NCBI GenBank assembly: GCA_026393975.1
Contig: JAPKZD010000003.1
Location: 254,858 to 318,857, forward strand
Reading direction: 5' to 3'
Origin: Candidatus Aminicenantes bacterium
Lineage (GTDB): Bacteria > Acidobacteriota > Aminicenantia > Aminicenantales > Saccharicenantaceae
DNA: 64,000 nt
Shown: piece after piece, positions 1 through 9,487 of the stretch
Layout of the letters: each line of letters begins with the position of its first letter
Numbering within the stretch: position 1 is the first letter of the stretch
Notes under the pieces: generated by a model
What the model was told of the DNA's origin: nothing
Seen by the model: only the letters and a program-made list of their open reading frames with translations
Database searches by the model: none
Translations under genes and position numbers: made by a program

Positions 1-1
1 C

Positions 2-949
2 GATATCACGGTCGGAAACATTTCTGCCGGGGGGACGCCGGGTGGGGACCCGTTGAAAACCCTCTCGTTCATCGATGATATCCGGTGCCGGAAGATCAGG
101 GCTGGGACCCTCACGCTGACCGACCTCGAAATGAAGCTTGCGGGCGGAAAGGGTGTTTGCGATGTCAGCCAGGCCCGCATGAAGATTTTCGGCGGGACGG
201 GGAGCGGCACCCTTCACGCGGACTTCACAGGGACCGAGCCTCATTTCAGGATCATCTTTGCCGTGAGCAAGCTCAAGATCGAGGAACTGCTTCAAGAATC
301 CACGGCCCCGAAGAACATGGAAGGGCTGGCCGAACTTTCCGCGGACTTGACCGCGAGGGGGAAGACCGCCATCGAAGTGAAGCGATCCCTCAGCGGCCAG
401 GTTTCCCTGGATGGCGAGAATATCGCGCTCAATAGCATGGATATCGATGAATTGATCTCGTCGCTCCTACGGAGCCGGAGGTTCAGCCTCGTGGATGTCG
501 GGGCGTTCTTCCTCGCTGGCCCCTTTGGGCCGGCCCTCACAAGAGGCTACCGTTTCGCCGACCTATTCAAGGAATCCCGGGGAGGGAACGGAGTCATCGC
601 CAAACTCGTTTCGGTCTGGAAAATCGAAAACGGCGTCGCCGAGGCCGTCGACGTCGCCATGGCCACGAAAGTGCGCAGGATCGCCATGAAGGGCGGGCTG
701 AATTTCATCGACAACCGCTTTGAGGACGCTGTCGTGGCGGTCCTCGATCAACACGGCTGCGCGGTCGTCACCCAAAAAGTCCGTGGACCGTTCAGCCGTC
801 CGGAGATCGGCAACATCAACATCTTAAAGTCGCTCACGAGTCCTGTGACGAACTTGCTGAGGAGTGTCGTGAAACTGTTCGGTAGCAGGCCATGCGACGT
901 GTTCTACTCGGGTTCCGTCGCGCCGCCTGCGCCTCACAAGCTGCCGTAG
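2..949 (+). CDS. AsmA-family protein, C-terminal part (5' end lies outside the window)
   Basis: The frame is open from base 2 (DITVGNISAGG...) into the listed ORF. Repeated beta-strand pattern (GSLSGQVSL, G.AEAVDVAMAT, KVRGPFSRP) is typical of AsmA C-terminal regions. Confidence 0.7.
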   Translation, partial: DITVGNISAGGTPGGDPLKTLSFIDDIRCRKIRAGTLTLTDLEMKLAGGKGVCDVSQARMKIFGGTGSGTLHADFTGTEPHFRIIFAVSKLKIEELLQESTAPKNMEGLAELSADLTARGKTAIEVKRSLSGQVSLDGENIALNSMDIDELISSLLRSRRFSLVDVGAFFLAGPFGPALTRGYRFADLFKESRGGNGVIAKLVSVWKIENGVAEAVDVAMATKVRRIAMKGGLNFIDNRFEDAVVAVLDQHGCAVVTQKVRGPFSRPEIGNINILKSLTSPVTNLLRSVVKLFGSRPCDVFYSGSVAPPAPHKLP

Positions 950-1264
950 GCCACGCAGGTCGATAATCTCGATACTTCCGGAGATTCCCCTTTTCCGGGG
1001 CTTTTTTCCCTAGCCGGGCAGGACTCCGATCACAACTATTCCACCGGGCTTACCCTCAAACAGACAATCTTTGATAAGCGATGCCATTCTGTGCTTCGTT
1101 TCGGCTTCGGTGAGGCGCGTCTGGAGGATGAGGTTGAATAACCCGGCCGGATCGTCGAAGGTCAGAACCCTAACGTCATGTTCTCCATCTTCTCCAGGAC
1201 CGTCCCTTAAGCTTGAGGCCCCAACCTTCGATCCTGGCGCGATTCTTGACGAAGCGCAGACGGG

Positions 1265-1735
1265 CTAACGGCTGTAGCTCATCCAAAGCAGAGGCTGCCC
1301 TGAGGGCTGTTGGATTTGGCTCGAATCCTCGGCGGTGATGAACAGATCGAAGCTGTGAAGCGAGGTTTCGGTGACGATCTTGCCGTCGAGACTCTTGTCG
1401 ACTACCAGTGCTCCGATGTTCTGAGCGGCCGCGTCCTTGGTGGCGCGCGTCCAAACGACATAGTGACTGGCTGGAGGCGTGAGTCTTTCGGGCTTCGCGA
1501 GGTGCTTCACCGTCAGCGTGATGCTTGTATTGTCGTTTACGGTGACGCTAAATCTCGCATTGCCTTCTACCGACGGCAACATGGGGCTCGTTTCGAGGCG
1601 GCTGGTTCCTTTCGCGCCGATGCCCAACATGGCGCAACCCGACATCGCCAGGGTTACCGCCAGAACCGCCGTGCTCCAGGTGTTCCTCGCGAGGATCCTG
1701 CTGACCTTGTTTGAGGGGCCATTTTTGTTAGTCAT
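1265..1735 (-). CDS. Putative lipoprotein with a small beta-domain (anti-sigma-K factor C-terminal-like)
   Basis: Hydrophobic stretch ending in lipobox LAMSG-C. Mature part has YVVW...QNIGAL and FDLFITAE motifs. Confidence 0.6.
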   Translation of the reverse strand: MTNKNGPSNKVSRILARNTWSTAVLAVTLAMSGCAMLGIGAKGTSRLETSPMLPSVEGNARFSVTVNDNTSITLTVKHLAKPERLTPPASHYVVWTRATKDAAAQNIGALVVDKSLDGKIVTETSLHSFDLFITAEDSSQIQQPSGQPLLWMSYSR

Positions 1736-1741
1736 AAAAAT

Positions 1742-1770
1742 AGTATGCGCCCCGGCCCGCCGAGAGTCAA
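1742..1770 (-). promoter_or_regulatory. sigma70-type promoter, probably giving a leaderless mRNA
   Basis: Minus strand TTGACT-17 nt-CATACT. The ATG at 1735 lies 7 nt past the -10 box and has no SD. Confidence 0.55.
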
Positions 1771-1881
1771 GTCGGAATTATGCCGGGCCTGATCTTTTCA
1801 GCTAGAAAGATGTTGGCATGAAAACTGCATAAGCACAAGGGGGGCTTCTCCCAAGCCCAGCGTATTTTTAAAGGAGGTCGT

Positions 1882-2127
1882 ATGGATATTTTGTGGACGA
1901 TTGTGATCGGTTTTGCGGTCGGGGTCATCGCCAAGTTGCTAATGCCGGGAAGAGATCCGGGCGGATTTATCATTACGATTCTTCTCGGTATTGCCGGGTC
2001 CATTGTAGCGACCTACATCGGACAACACTTCGGCTGGTACAGAGAGGGCCAGCCCGCCGGGTTCATCGGAGCGATTCTTGGAGCCATCCTGATCCTCATC
2101 GTTTACCGATTGATTAGGAGGAGATAG
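1882..2127 (+). CDS. GlsB/YeaQ/YmgE family (transglycosylase-associated) membrane protein
   Basis: Signature G.IAK.LMPGRDPGGFI.TI.LGIAGS...GFIGAILGAILIL..YR. AAGGAGG SD at about 1871. Confidence 0.92.
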   Translation: MDILWTIVIGFAVGVIAKLLMPGRDPGGFIITILLGIAGSIVATYIGQHFGWYREGQPAGFIGAILGAILILIVYRLIRRR

Positions 2128-2220
2128 CACTTTCTAAAATCAATTTAGAAGGGCGTTGAGAACTTCCAGACGATCTTCAATTTCGTCAGGATGGACTCCA
2201 TCGCGGCGGTTATTGTCTTC

Positions 2221-2250
2221 TTGACACAAGTCTGCGACCGCGGATAACAT
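2221..2250 (+). promoter_or_regulatory. sigma70-type promoter upstream of the rnb-mgtA pair
   Basis: TTGACA-18 nt-TAACAT. Confidence 0.4.
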
Positions 2251-2327
2251 CGTTTTGGGCGGGGCATGCGAGCAGCGCGATAAAATGATCGAATGACGTT
2301 CTTCTCGGGCAAACTGGAGAAATTCCC

Positions 2328-3808
2328 ATGCCACAAACACCACACACTGATCAACAGCACCGGGCCATCTTGCAGAGCATTGCCCGGAGGGCGATGCTAG
2401 AGAGAGGCTTGCTCCCCGACTTTTCGGCCGCGGTGCTTGCCGAACTTGACAGGATTCAGGCGCCCGCAGAAGCCAACGGTGAGTCAGTTCGTGACCTGAC
2501 CGACCCATTGATAACGATGACTCCCGCGACCTGGATCAGCTCACGGTCGCCGAGGCCCTGCCCGGAGACAAAGTCAAGATTCGCGTGGCCGTCGCTGACG
2601 TGGACGCGCTGGTTAAGAACGGCTCAGCCATTGACGAACACGCGGGCCACAACACGACCTCGGTGTATACGGCGGCCAAGATCTTTCCGATGCTGCCCGA
2701 AAAGCTCTCCAACGATCTCACTTCCCTGAACTTAGATGAGGAGCGCCTGGCCGTTGTCGTGGAAATGGAGATCGGCGCGGACGGCTCCTTGCAGGGCTCG
2801 GATATCTACCGGGCGCGCGTCCGCAATCAGGCGAAGCTCGCTTATAACAGCCTGGCAGCCTGGCTGGAAGGGAACGGCGCTGTTCCCGAAAGGATCGCGG
2901 CCGTCAACGGACTGACGGAGAACCTGCGCGTGCAGGACCGGACCGCGCAGAGCCTGAAGCAGTTGCGGCACGTCCACGGGGCGCTGAGTTTGGAAACCAT
3001 CGAGGCGAAACCGATCTTTGACGGCGACCAGATCCGGGATCTCGAAGGTGAGCAGAAGAACCGCGCCAAGGAGATCATCGAGGATTTCATGATCGCAGCC
3101 AACGGCGTGACCGCCCGGTATCTCGCGGCGAAGAAATCCCCTTCAATCCGCCGGGTGGTGCGCACGCCCAAACGCTGGGACCGGATTGTCGAGCTTGCCC
3201 AGGAACGCAGATTCAGGCTGCCAGATAACCCAGATTCGGTGGCGCTCGATGCGTTTCTAGTCAAGGAGAAAGCCGCCGATCCGCTCCGCTTCCCCGATCT
3301 CTCCCTCGCGGTGATCAAGCTTCTAGGAGCTGGCGAATATATCGCAGAACGGCCCGGCGACACGGCACCGGGGCACTTTGGTCTCGCAGTCCAGGACTAT
3401 GCCCATTCCACCGCCCCGAATCGCCGCTACACCGATCTGATCACGCAACGCTTATTGAAGGCCGCCATGGCCGGCCGAACTGCGCCGTATAGCTATGACG
3501 AACTGGATGTGCTGGCCAAGCATTTCACCGCGGAAGAGGATGCCGCTAACAAGGTCGAACGGCAGGTCGGCAAATCCGCGGCGGCGCTCCTCCTTGAATC
3601 GAGGATCGGCGAACAGTTTGACGCCATTGTCACGGGGGCTTCCGATAAAGGCACCTGGGCGAGGCTGCTCACCGTCCCTGTTGAAGGAAGGGTGGTGCGC
3701 GGGTTCGAGGGCGTGGATGTCGGCGACCGGATCCACGTGCAACTCGTCGCCGTGGACGTCGAGCGGGGATATATTGATTTCGGGAACGTCGGTTCATCAA
3801 GACGTTGA
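2328..3808 (+). pseudogene. RNB-domain (RNase II/R-like) ribonuclease, frameshifted near 2505
   Basis: The N-terminus (MPQT...VRDLTD) is in one frame. IDNDDSRDLDQ and the rest of the RNB domain (IIEDFMIAAN, HSTAPNRRYTDL, C-terminal S1) are in another frame starting at 2507. Confidence 0.85.
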
Positions 3809-3818
3809 TGAGGTCGGC

Positions 3819-6452
3819 ATGGATTCTCCGAAACCAACTCCGACTCCGTCTCAGCGCCCACGGCATCCCGCCGGCGGGAAGGGAGCCACGATCTCCGTTC
3901 AATTGTTGGCCAAGGCGCGCGCCGATACCGCACCCCTCCTGCAGGAGCTTGCGTCGCGCTTGGAAGGCTTGAGCCAGGCGGAAGCCGATGCGCGTTTGAA
4001 GCAGGTCGGGCCGAACGAGATCGCCCGCGAAAAGCGCCAGTCCCCCCTGAGGCGCCTGCTGAATAACGTCAAGAACCCGTTGGTCATCCTGCTGATCGCG
4101 CTGGGCGTGCTGTCGTATCTGACCGGTGACCTGCGGGCGACGACGGTCATTTTCGTGATGGTCCTGCTGGGCGTGGTGTTGCGTTTCTTTCAGGAGCTGC
4201 GCGCCGATAACGCGGCCGAGAAGCTCAAAGCGATGGTCAGCAACACGGCGACGGTGTTGCGTGGCGGGGTGGAAGCGGAAATGCCGCTCAAGCTGTTGGT
4301 GCCGGGCGACATCATCCGCCTGGCCGCCGGCGATATGGTGCCGGCTGACGTTCGGCTGCTCGCCGCCAAGGACTTGTTCCTGAACCAGGCGGCGCTCACC
4401 GGCGAGGCCTTGCCCGTGGAACGCAAAGCCGACCCTGCGCCGGCGGATCGTGAGAACCCGCTCGATCTCCCCAACCTCTGCTTTCTTGGCTCCAACGTGG
4501 AAAGCGGCTCCGCGACTGCCGTGGTCATCCATACCGGAGCCCGCACTTACTTTGGCTCGCTGGCGGCCAGCATTGTCGGTGAGCGCCAGCTCACCAGCTT
4601 CGACAAAGGCGTCAACAAGTTCACCTGGCTGATGCTCCGCTTCATCGCCGTGATGGTGCCGGCGGTCTTCCTGATCAACGGGCTGAGCAAGCACAACTGG
4701 TTGGAAGCGTTTCTGTTCGCCTTGGCGGTGGCCGTCGGGCTGACCCCCGAGATGCTGCCCATGATCGTGACCGTCAACCTGTCGAAGGGCGCCCTGGCGA
4801 TGGCACGCAAGAAAGTGATCGTCAAACGCCTGAACGCCATCCAGAACTTCGGGGCGATGGATGTGCTCTGCACAGACAAGACCGGCACCATCACCCAGGG
4901 CAAGATCGTGCTCGAAAAGCACCTGGATGTACGCGGTGAGCGCAGCGAGAACGTGCTGTACTACGGCTATTTGAACAGCTATCACCATACCGGATTGAAG
5001 AATTTACTCGACGAGGCGATCCTCGCCCATAAGGAGCTGGAAGAACTCCTGAAGGCGAAAGAAAAATACCGCAAGATCGACGAAATCCCGTTCGACTTCG
5101 TGCGGCGCCGGATGTCGGTGGTGGTGGAAAATGAATCCGGGTTGAACACGCTGATCTGCAAAGGCGCGGTGGACGAAGTGATGAGCCTGTGCACCCGGGT
5201 GGTCATCAACGGGGAGGTTCTCGATGTCCTGCCCGAACACGACGCCCACCGCCGGCATTTGGTGGACGAGCTGAACGGTCAAGGCTTCCGGGTGATCGCC
5301 CTGGCCTACAAAGATATGCCGGGCTCGTCCGATGAGCCTGTTTACACGGTCAAGGATGAGTCCGATCTGATCCTGCTGGGTTTTCTCGCCTTTCTCGACC
5401 CGCCCAAGGAGACCGCCGCGGAGGCCTTGCGGCGGCTGCACGGCCTGAAAGTGGACGTCAAGATCCTGACCGGCGATAACGAGATCATCACCGCGTATAT
5501 TGGCAAGGAAGTGGGCCTTCCGGTCGAACAGATCTTGCTCGGCTCGCAGGTCGAGACACTGAGCGAGGCGGCGCTGGCCGAAGCCGCCGGCGCCACCGGC
5601 ATCTTTGCCAGACTAGCCCCGGCCCACAAGGAGCGCATCATCAAGGCGCTCCAGAGCAAAGGGCACGTGGTGGGCTTCATGGGCGACGGCATCAACGACG
5701 CGCCCGCCCTCTAGGCCGCCGATGTTGGCATTTCGGTGGACAGCGCGGTGGACATCGCCAAGGAGTCGTCCGACATCATCCTGCTCGAAAACAGCCTGCT
5801 GATCCTGGAGCAGGGCGTGCTGGAAGGCCGGCGCGTGTTCGGCAACATCATCAAGTATATCAAGATGGCGGCCAGCTCCAACTTCGGAAATATGTTCAGC
5901 GTCGTGGGAGCCAGCGCGTTCCTGCCTTTCCTGCCCATGCTGCCGATCCAGGTGCTCACCAACAACCTGCTCTACGACTTCTCGCAGACCACGATCCCCA
6001 CCGACGCGGTGGACGCTGACTGGCTGACCAAGCCGCGCAAATGGACGATCGGCGAAATCCAACGCTTCATTCTGTTTATCGGGCCGATCAGCTCGATCTT
6101 CGATTACCTGACGTTTTTCATCATGCTGACCGTGTTAAAGGCCGGGCACAACCCGGCCCTGTTCCATACGGGCTGGTTCGTGGAGTCGCTCTTCACCCAA
6201 ACGCTGATCATCCACGTGATTCGCACCCATAAGATCCCATTCATCCAAAGCCGGGCCAGTTGGCCGCTGATCGCCTCATCCCTGATCATCGTTGCGGTGG
6301 GCGCCTGGCTGACGGTTTCGCCCCTGGCCGGCGCGCTGGGGTTTGTTCCGCTGCCGCCGCTCTACTGGCTGCTGCTTGCGATCATGCTGCCGTTCTACGT
6401 GATCCTGACCCAGTTGGTGAAGACTTGGTTTTACCGGAGGTTTGGCGAATGA
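3819..6452 (+). pseudogene. mgtA: Mg2+-translocating P-type ATPase interrupted by an in-frame TAG at 5712-5714
   Basis: TGE(A), PEML, DKTGT and GDGINDAPAL*AADVGIS motifs. The reading frame continues unchanged to TGA at 6452. The start at ATG 3819 follows the RNB stop at 3808. Confidence 0.92.
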
Positions 6453-6478
6453 CGTCAACTATCGGAGAAGGCTTCGGG

Positions 6479-7081
6479 TCAGCGGTTCCTTTCCACTTCC
6501 AGCCCCAGGTCGGCCTCCAGGTCCTCCGGGTGGGCGCGGCAGTGATACTCGATCCTGCTGGCGGAGCGGTGGGCCTTGACATAAGGCCAGCCCAGGGTCA
6601 TCAGATGCCGTTCATGGAGCTCGTGGAGGAGGACGAACCTCAGTTCTCCAGGCCCGAGGTCGTCGTCGAGCCAGACCTCGTTCTTGGGTACGAAGTGATA
6701 GACCTGATCATGTCCGCCGAGCCGTTTGTGGATGTTTTCGACGACCCCGACCCGCGGCAACCGGGAGATCTCCCGGATGAGTTCGGTTTTGCGGCGTTCT
6801 TTCTTCTCGACGGCATCGGCTTTCTCCAAGGCCTTGTCGTAGGTCATGCCTCCGGTCATCAGCCGGCGCTCGACGAGCAGGTGGTCGATGAAGAACTGCA
6901 GTTCCCCTGGGCCGTGCTCCTGGTCGATCCAGAATTCATGCAAGGGGATGAAACGGAAGCGGAAGTGCTGTCCGAAATTCGTGAACTCCTCGTCGATGTT
7001 TTTCCGGACGTATTGGCCGTCCACGATCCAGACCGTTAAGGGGCCGATCTGGTCGACCTTTTTGATGTACGGTTTTTTCAT
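6479..7081 (-). CDS. Hypothetical protein with an internal duplication and an HELHE...H motif
   Basis: Two aligned halves: FIPLHEFWIDQEHGPGELQFFIDHLLVERRLM..G.TYDKA and FVPKNEVWLDDDLGPGELRFVLLHELHERHLM..G.PYVKA. Confidence 0.75.
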   Translation of the reverse strand: MKKPYIKKVDQIGPLTVWIVDGQYVRKNIDEEFTNFGQHFRFRFIPLHEFWIDQEHGPGELQFFIDHLLVERRLMTGGMTYDKALEKADAVEKKERRKTELIREISRLPRVGVVENIHKRLGGHDQVYHFVPKNEVWLDDDLGPGELRFVLLHELHERHLMTLGWPYVKAHRSASRIEYHCRAHPEDLEADLGLEVERNR

Positions 7082-7197
7082 GGCCGCCCTCTTTCGCCGG
7101 GAATCTCGTCCTTTTCCCCTATATAGCGAGGGAGGCGGGAAAAGTCAAACTTCAGGACCAATACTCCCCTTGGCTCCGGGGCTGGCAGGGTGGGGAT

Positions 7198-7222
7198 TAA
7201 TCCTATATAATATATAGGATTA
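7198..7222. promoter_or_regulatory. Perfect 12-1-12 inverted repeat, operator-like
   Basis: TAATCCTATATA-A-TATATAGGATTA, 31 nt upstream of the ATG at 7254. It is an AT-rich island in GC-rich DNA. Confidence 0.6.
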
Positions 7223-7253
7223 TCAGTATTCTCTGCCGGAGGGAGAATTCGCC

Positions 7254-7736
7254 ATGAGAAAAACGATTGCGGCCGTCATTACCCTGGCGGCATTTTCGGT
7301 CGTGCTGACAGTGCCAGCCGTTGCCCAACCGGCGGGGTCCTGCTGCAACTCGCCGGGTCTTACGCCGAGCGGCCCGCAGAGCCAGGAGCCCGTTTTCCAG
7401 GACCTGGCCAAGTCGGGCAAGAAGTGCTGGATCGGCGAGGTCAATTATTTCACTTGGGAATTCGACAAGACGCCGAAGATGGGGACCTCGATCCTCATCA
7501 TCAAGCTCTACGACCGCGACGGCAAGCGGGTCAAGGACCTCCAGATCGTCGGCCGTTCCGACATGCCCTCGATGCGCGGCGGCCACGATTCGGGAGAGGT
7601 CGCCTTCAAGAACAACAAGGCCGGCGACTACCTCCTGCCCGTCAACGTCGTCATGCCCGGCGACTGGGAGGTCCAGCTGACCTTCTCCCGTAGCGGCATC
7701 GTCATATTCCGGGGCCGCATCGCCTTCGAGGTCTGA
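7254..7736 (+). CDS. Secreted YtkA/FixH-like Ig-fold protein, putative metal binding
   Basis: Signal peptide, then GSCC near the mature N-terminus. Also SDMPSMRGGHD and Y.LPVNVVMPGDWEVQL, a YtkA-like pattern. Confidence 0.7.
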   Translation: MRKTIAAVITLAAFSVVLTVPAVAQPAGSCCNSPGLTPSGPQSQEPVFQDLAKSGKKCWIGEVNYFTWEFDKTPKMGTSILIIKLYDRDGKRVKDLQIVGRSDMPSMRGGHDSGEVAFKNNKAGDYLLPVNVVMPGDWEVQLTFSRSGIVIFRGRIAFEV

Positions 7737-7769
7737 CCGGACGGTCCCGAGCGGGCCGATAGGCGGCAC

Positions 7770-8750
7770 GTGCGAAAAAAGCTGATCATCCCGATCCTCC
7801 TGTTCGGGGCGTTGGCCTTCGGGCTCCACGCCCAGAGCTCGCTCTTTTTTATCGAGCTCCAGGCGGTCGGCACCTATTCCACGGCCTCCCGTTCCTTCGA
7901 GCTCTTCTCCCTGATGCCGAGCGACGTCATGCAGAAACCGAGCGTCGGCTTCGACTTCGTCCAACGCATCTCCGGGAAGAGCCGGGATTACGGCGTCCTG
8001 GCCGTCCAGGCCCGCCTGGCCTATGACCAGGAAGGCGAGCACCCCTTCCAACCCCAGCTCTACAACGCCTTTTTCCGCTACAAGGCCGGCTTCGCCGACA
8101 TCTGGGTCGGGCACAGCCGGCCCGCCCTCGGTCTTTCCTATGCCCTCGACAGCCACGCCCTCCTCCTTCCCGCGCCGGCCATGCTCGGCTACGGCTTCGA
8201 CCGGGATTGGGGATTGGGGTTGCACCGGGATCTCGCCTGGGGAGATGTTGCCGCTTCGTTGACTGCCGGCAGCGGCATGCCCCTCTACTTCAAGGGCAAC
8301 TTCCTCGCCGCGGCCAGGATCTCGAAGGGCGTCCTGGCCCGCGACAACACCAGTTTCGGGTTGTCCCTGGCCCACGGGAATATCCTGGAGACCATGGGTT
8401 ACACGCTCGTCGAACCGGAGCCTTTTTCCTGGAGCGCCGCGAGCCTCGACGCGACCTATCTGTGGCGGAACGTCGAGAACCGGGCCGAGATCTTGTTTGG
8501 CAGGCGTGACGGTGCCGGGATGTTCCTGCTCTTCTGGCGATCGGGCCTGGCTCTCCTTGACGAGGGCAGGCTCAAGCTCGAGGTCCAGCCGGTCCTCATG
8601 AACAGCGCGGGCGCTTGGGATTACTCGCTCGGTTCCGGGCTGACCTATCTTTTGAACGCCGACCTGGCCGGCCGGTTCATGGTTCTCTACGACCACGGCC
8701 GCCAGGACGCCAGATTCGTCGTTCAGCTTTATTATTACAAAAGCCTATGA
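7770..8750 (+). CDS. Putative outer-membrane beta-barrel protein
   Basis: Signal peptide, alternating amphipathic strands, porin-like LYNAF..YK...DIWVGH..P.LGL segment, and aromatic C-terminus (VVQLYYYKSL). Confidence 0.6.
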   Translation: MRKKLIIPILLFGALAFGLHAQSSLFFIELQAVGTYSTASRSFELFSLMPSDVMQKPSVGFDFVQRISGKSRDYGVLAVQARLAYDQEGEHPFQPQLYNAFFRYKAGFADIWVGHSRPALGLSYALDSHALLLPAPAMLGYGFDRDWGLGLHRDLAWGDVAASLTAGSGMPLYFKGNFLAAARISKGVLARDNTSFGLSLAHGNILETMGYTLVEPEPFSWSAASLDATYLWRNVENRAEILFGRRDGAGMFLLFWRSGLALLDEGRLKLEVQPVLMNSAGAWDYSLGSGLTYLLNADLAGRFMVLYDHGRQDARFVVQLYYYKSL

Positions 8751-8791
8751 GACTCATGGCAAACGGGGTGAGCGAACGCGGGAGGAACGGG

Positions 8792-9481
8792 ATGAACGCG
8801 ACAACGAACGTCAGACCTGGATCGGGGGCGGGCTCCAATACGTGGCGGATGTTTTTGCTGGCGACGGCGGGCCTCATTCTGGCCGCGGCTGCCCTCTACG
8901 CTGCGGTCGGCTGCGACCTCAACGACCCGGACCGGGACGTCAAGCGGCTCTTCCCGGAGTCCACCGGCTACAAGACCCTTTACGTCTCCATCACCAAGAG
9001 GGGCGGCGAAGAGCTCCTGCGCAAGATCGAAGCCCGGCTGGGAGACACGTTCAAGGGACTTTTCGAGACGGCCGACGTCCCCTACACGATGTACGAGATC
9101 TATAAAGGAGCCGACCTCGTCGGCTACATCCACGGCGTTAACCAGAAGGGGACCTACGGCGGGCTCCAGGTCTTCCTGGCCCTCGACCTCCGGGGGGTCA
9201 TCCGGGGTTTCTATTTCCAGAAGCTGACATCGCGCGCGGCCAAGGCCTTCCGCGACCCCGCCTTCGGGTCCCAGTTCCTCGGCCTGAGCCTCGAGGATTT
9301 CTACAGGTATGACGTCGTGACAGGGAAGGAAGACCCTGTCGGGCCCGTCAGCCGCATCAAGAACTCCGACCCCGCCTCCGAGCAGGACTTCCGGGCCGCC
9401 CTCCGCGCGACGAAAAAGAACCTCGTCCTTGTCGACGAGTTCCTCCTGGGAAACCCCCACCTCAAATTCTTCAAAGGGTAG
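8792..9481 (+). CDS. FMN-binding-domain-like (RnfG/NosR-type) exported protein, possible lipoprotein
   Basis: GGAGG SD at 8781. Hydrophobic leader ending AVG-C. G.YGGLQVFLALDL.G.I...YFQK...AF..QF.G pattern. Confidence 0.6.
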   Translation: MNATTNVRPGSGAGSNTWRMFLLATAGLILAAAALYAAVGCDLNDPDRDVKRLFPESTGYKTLYVSITKRGGEELLRKIEARLGDTFKGLFETADVPYTMYEIYKGADLVGYIHGVNQKGTYGGLQVFLALDLRGVIRGFYFQKLTSRAAKAFRDPAFGSQFLGLSLEDFYRYDVVTGKEDPVGPVSRIKNSDPASEQDFRAALRATKKNLVLVDEFLLGNPHLKFFKG

Positions 9482-9487
9482 GACAGC

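Noticed and set aside
960-1264. Short ORFs between the AsmA-like and lipoprotein genes (e.g. 1071-1268)
   Set aside because: No SD, no recognisable motif, and atypical codon usage.
3495-3818. N-terminal extension of the MgtA ORF
   Set aside because: It overlaps the RNB gene in another frame. The plausible start is ATG 3819 right after the RNB stop.
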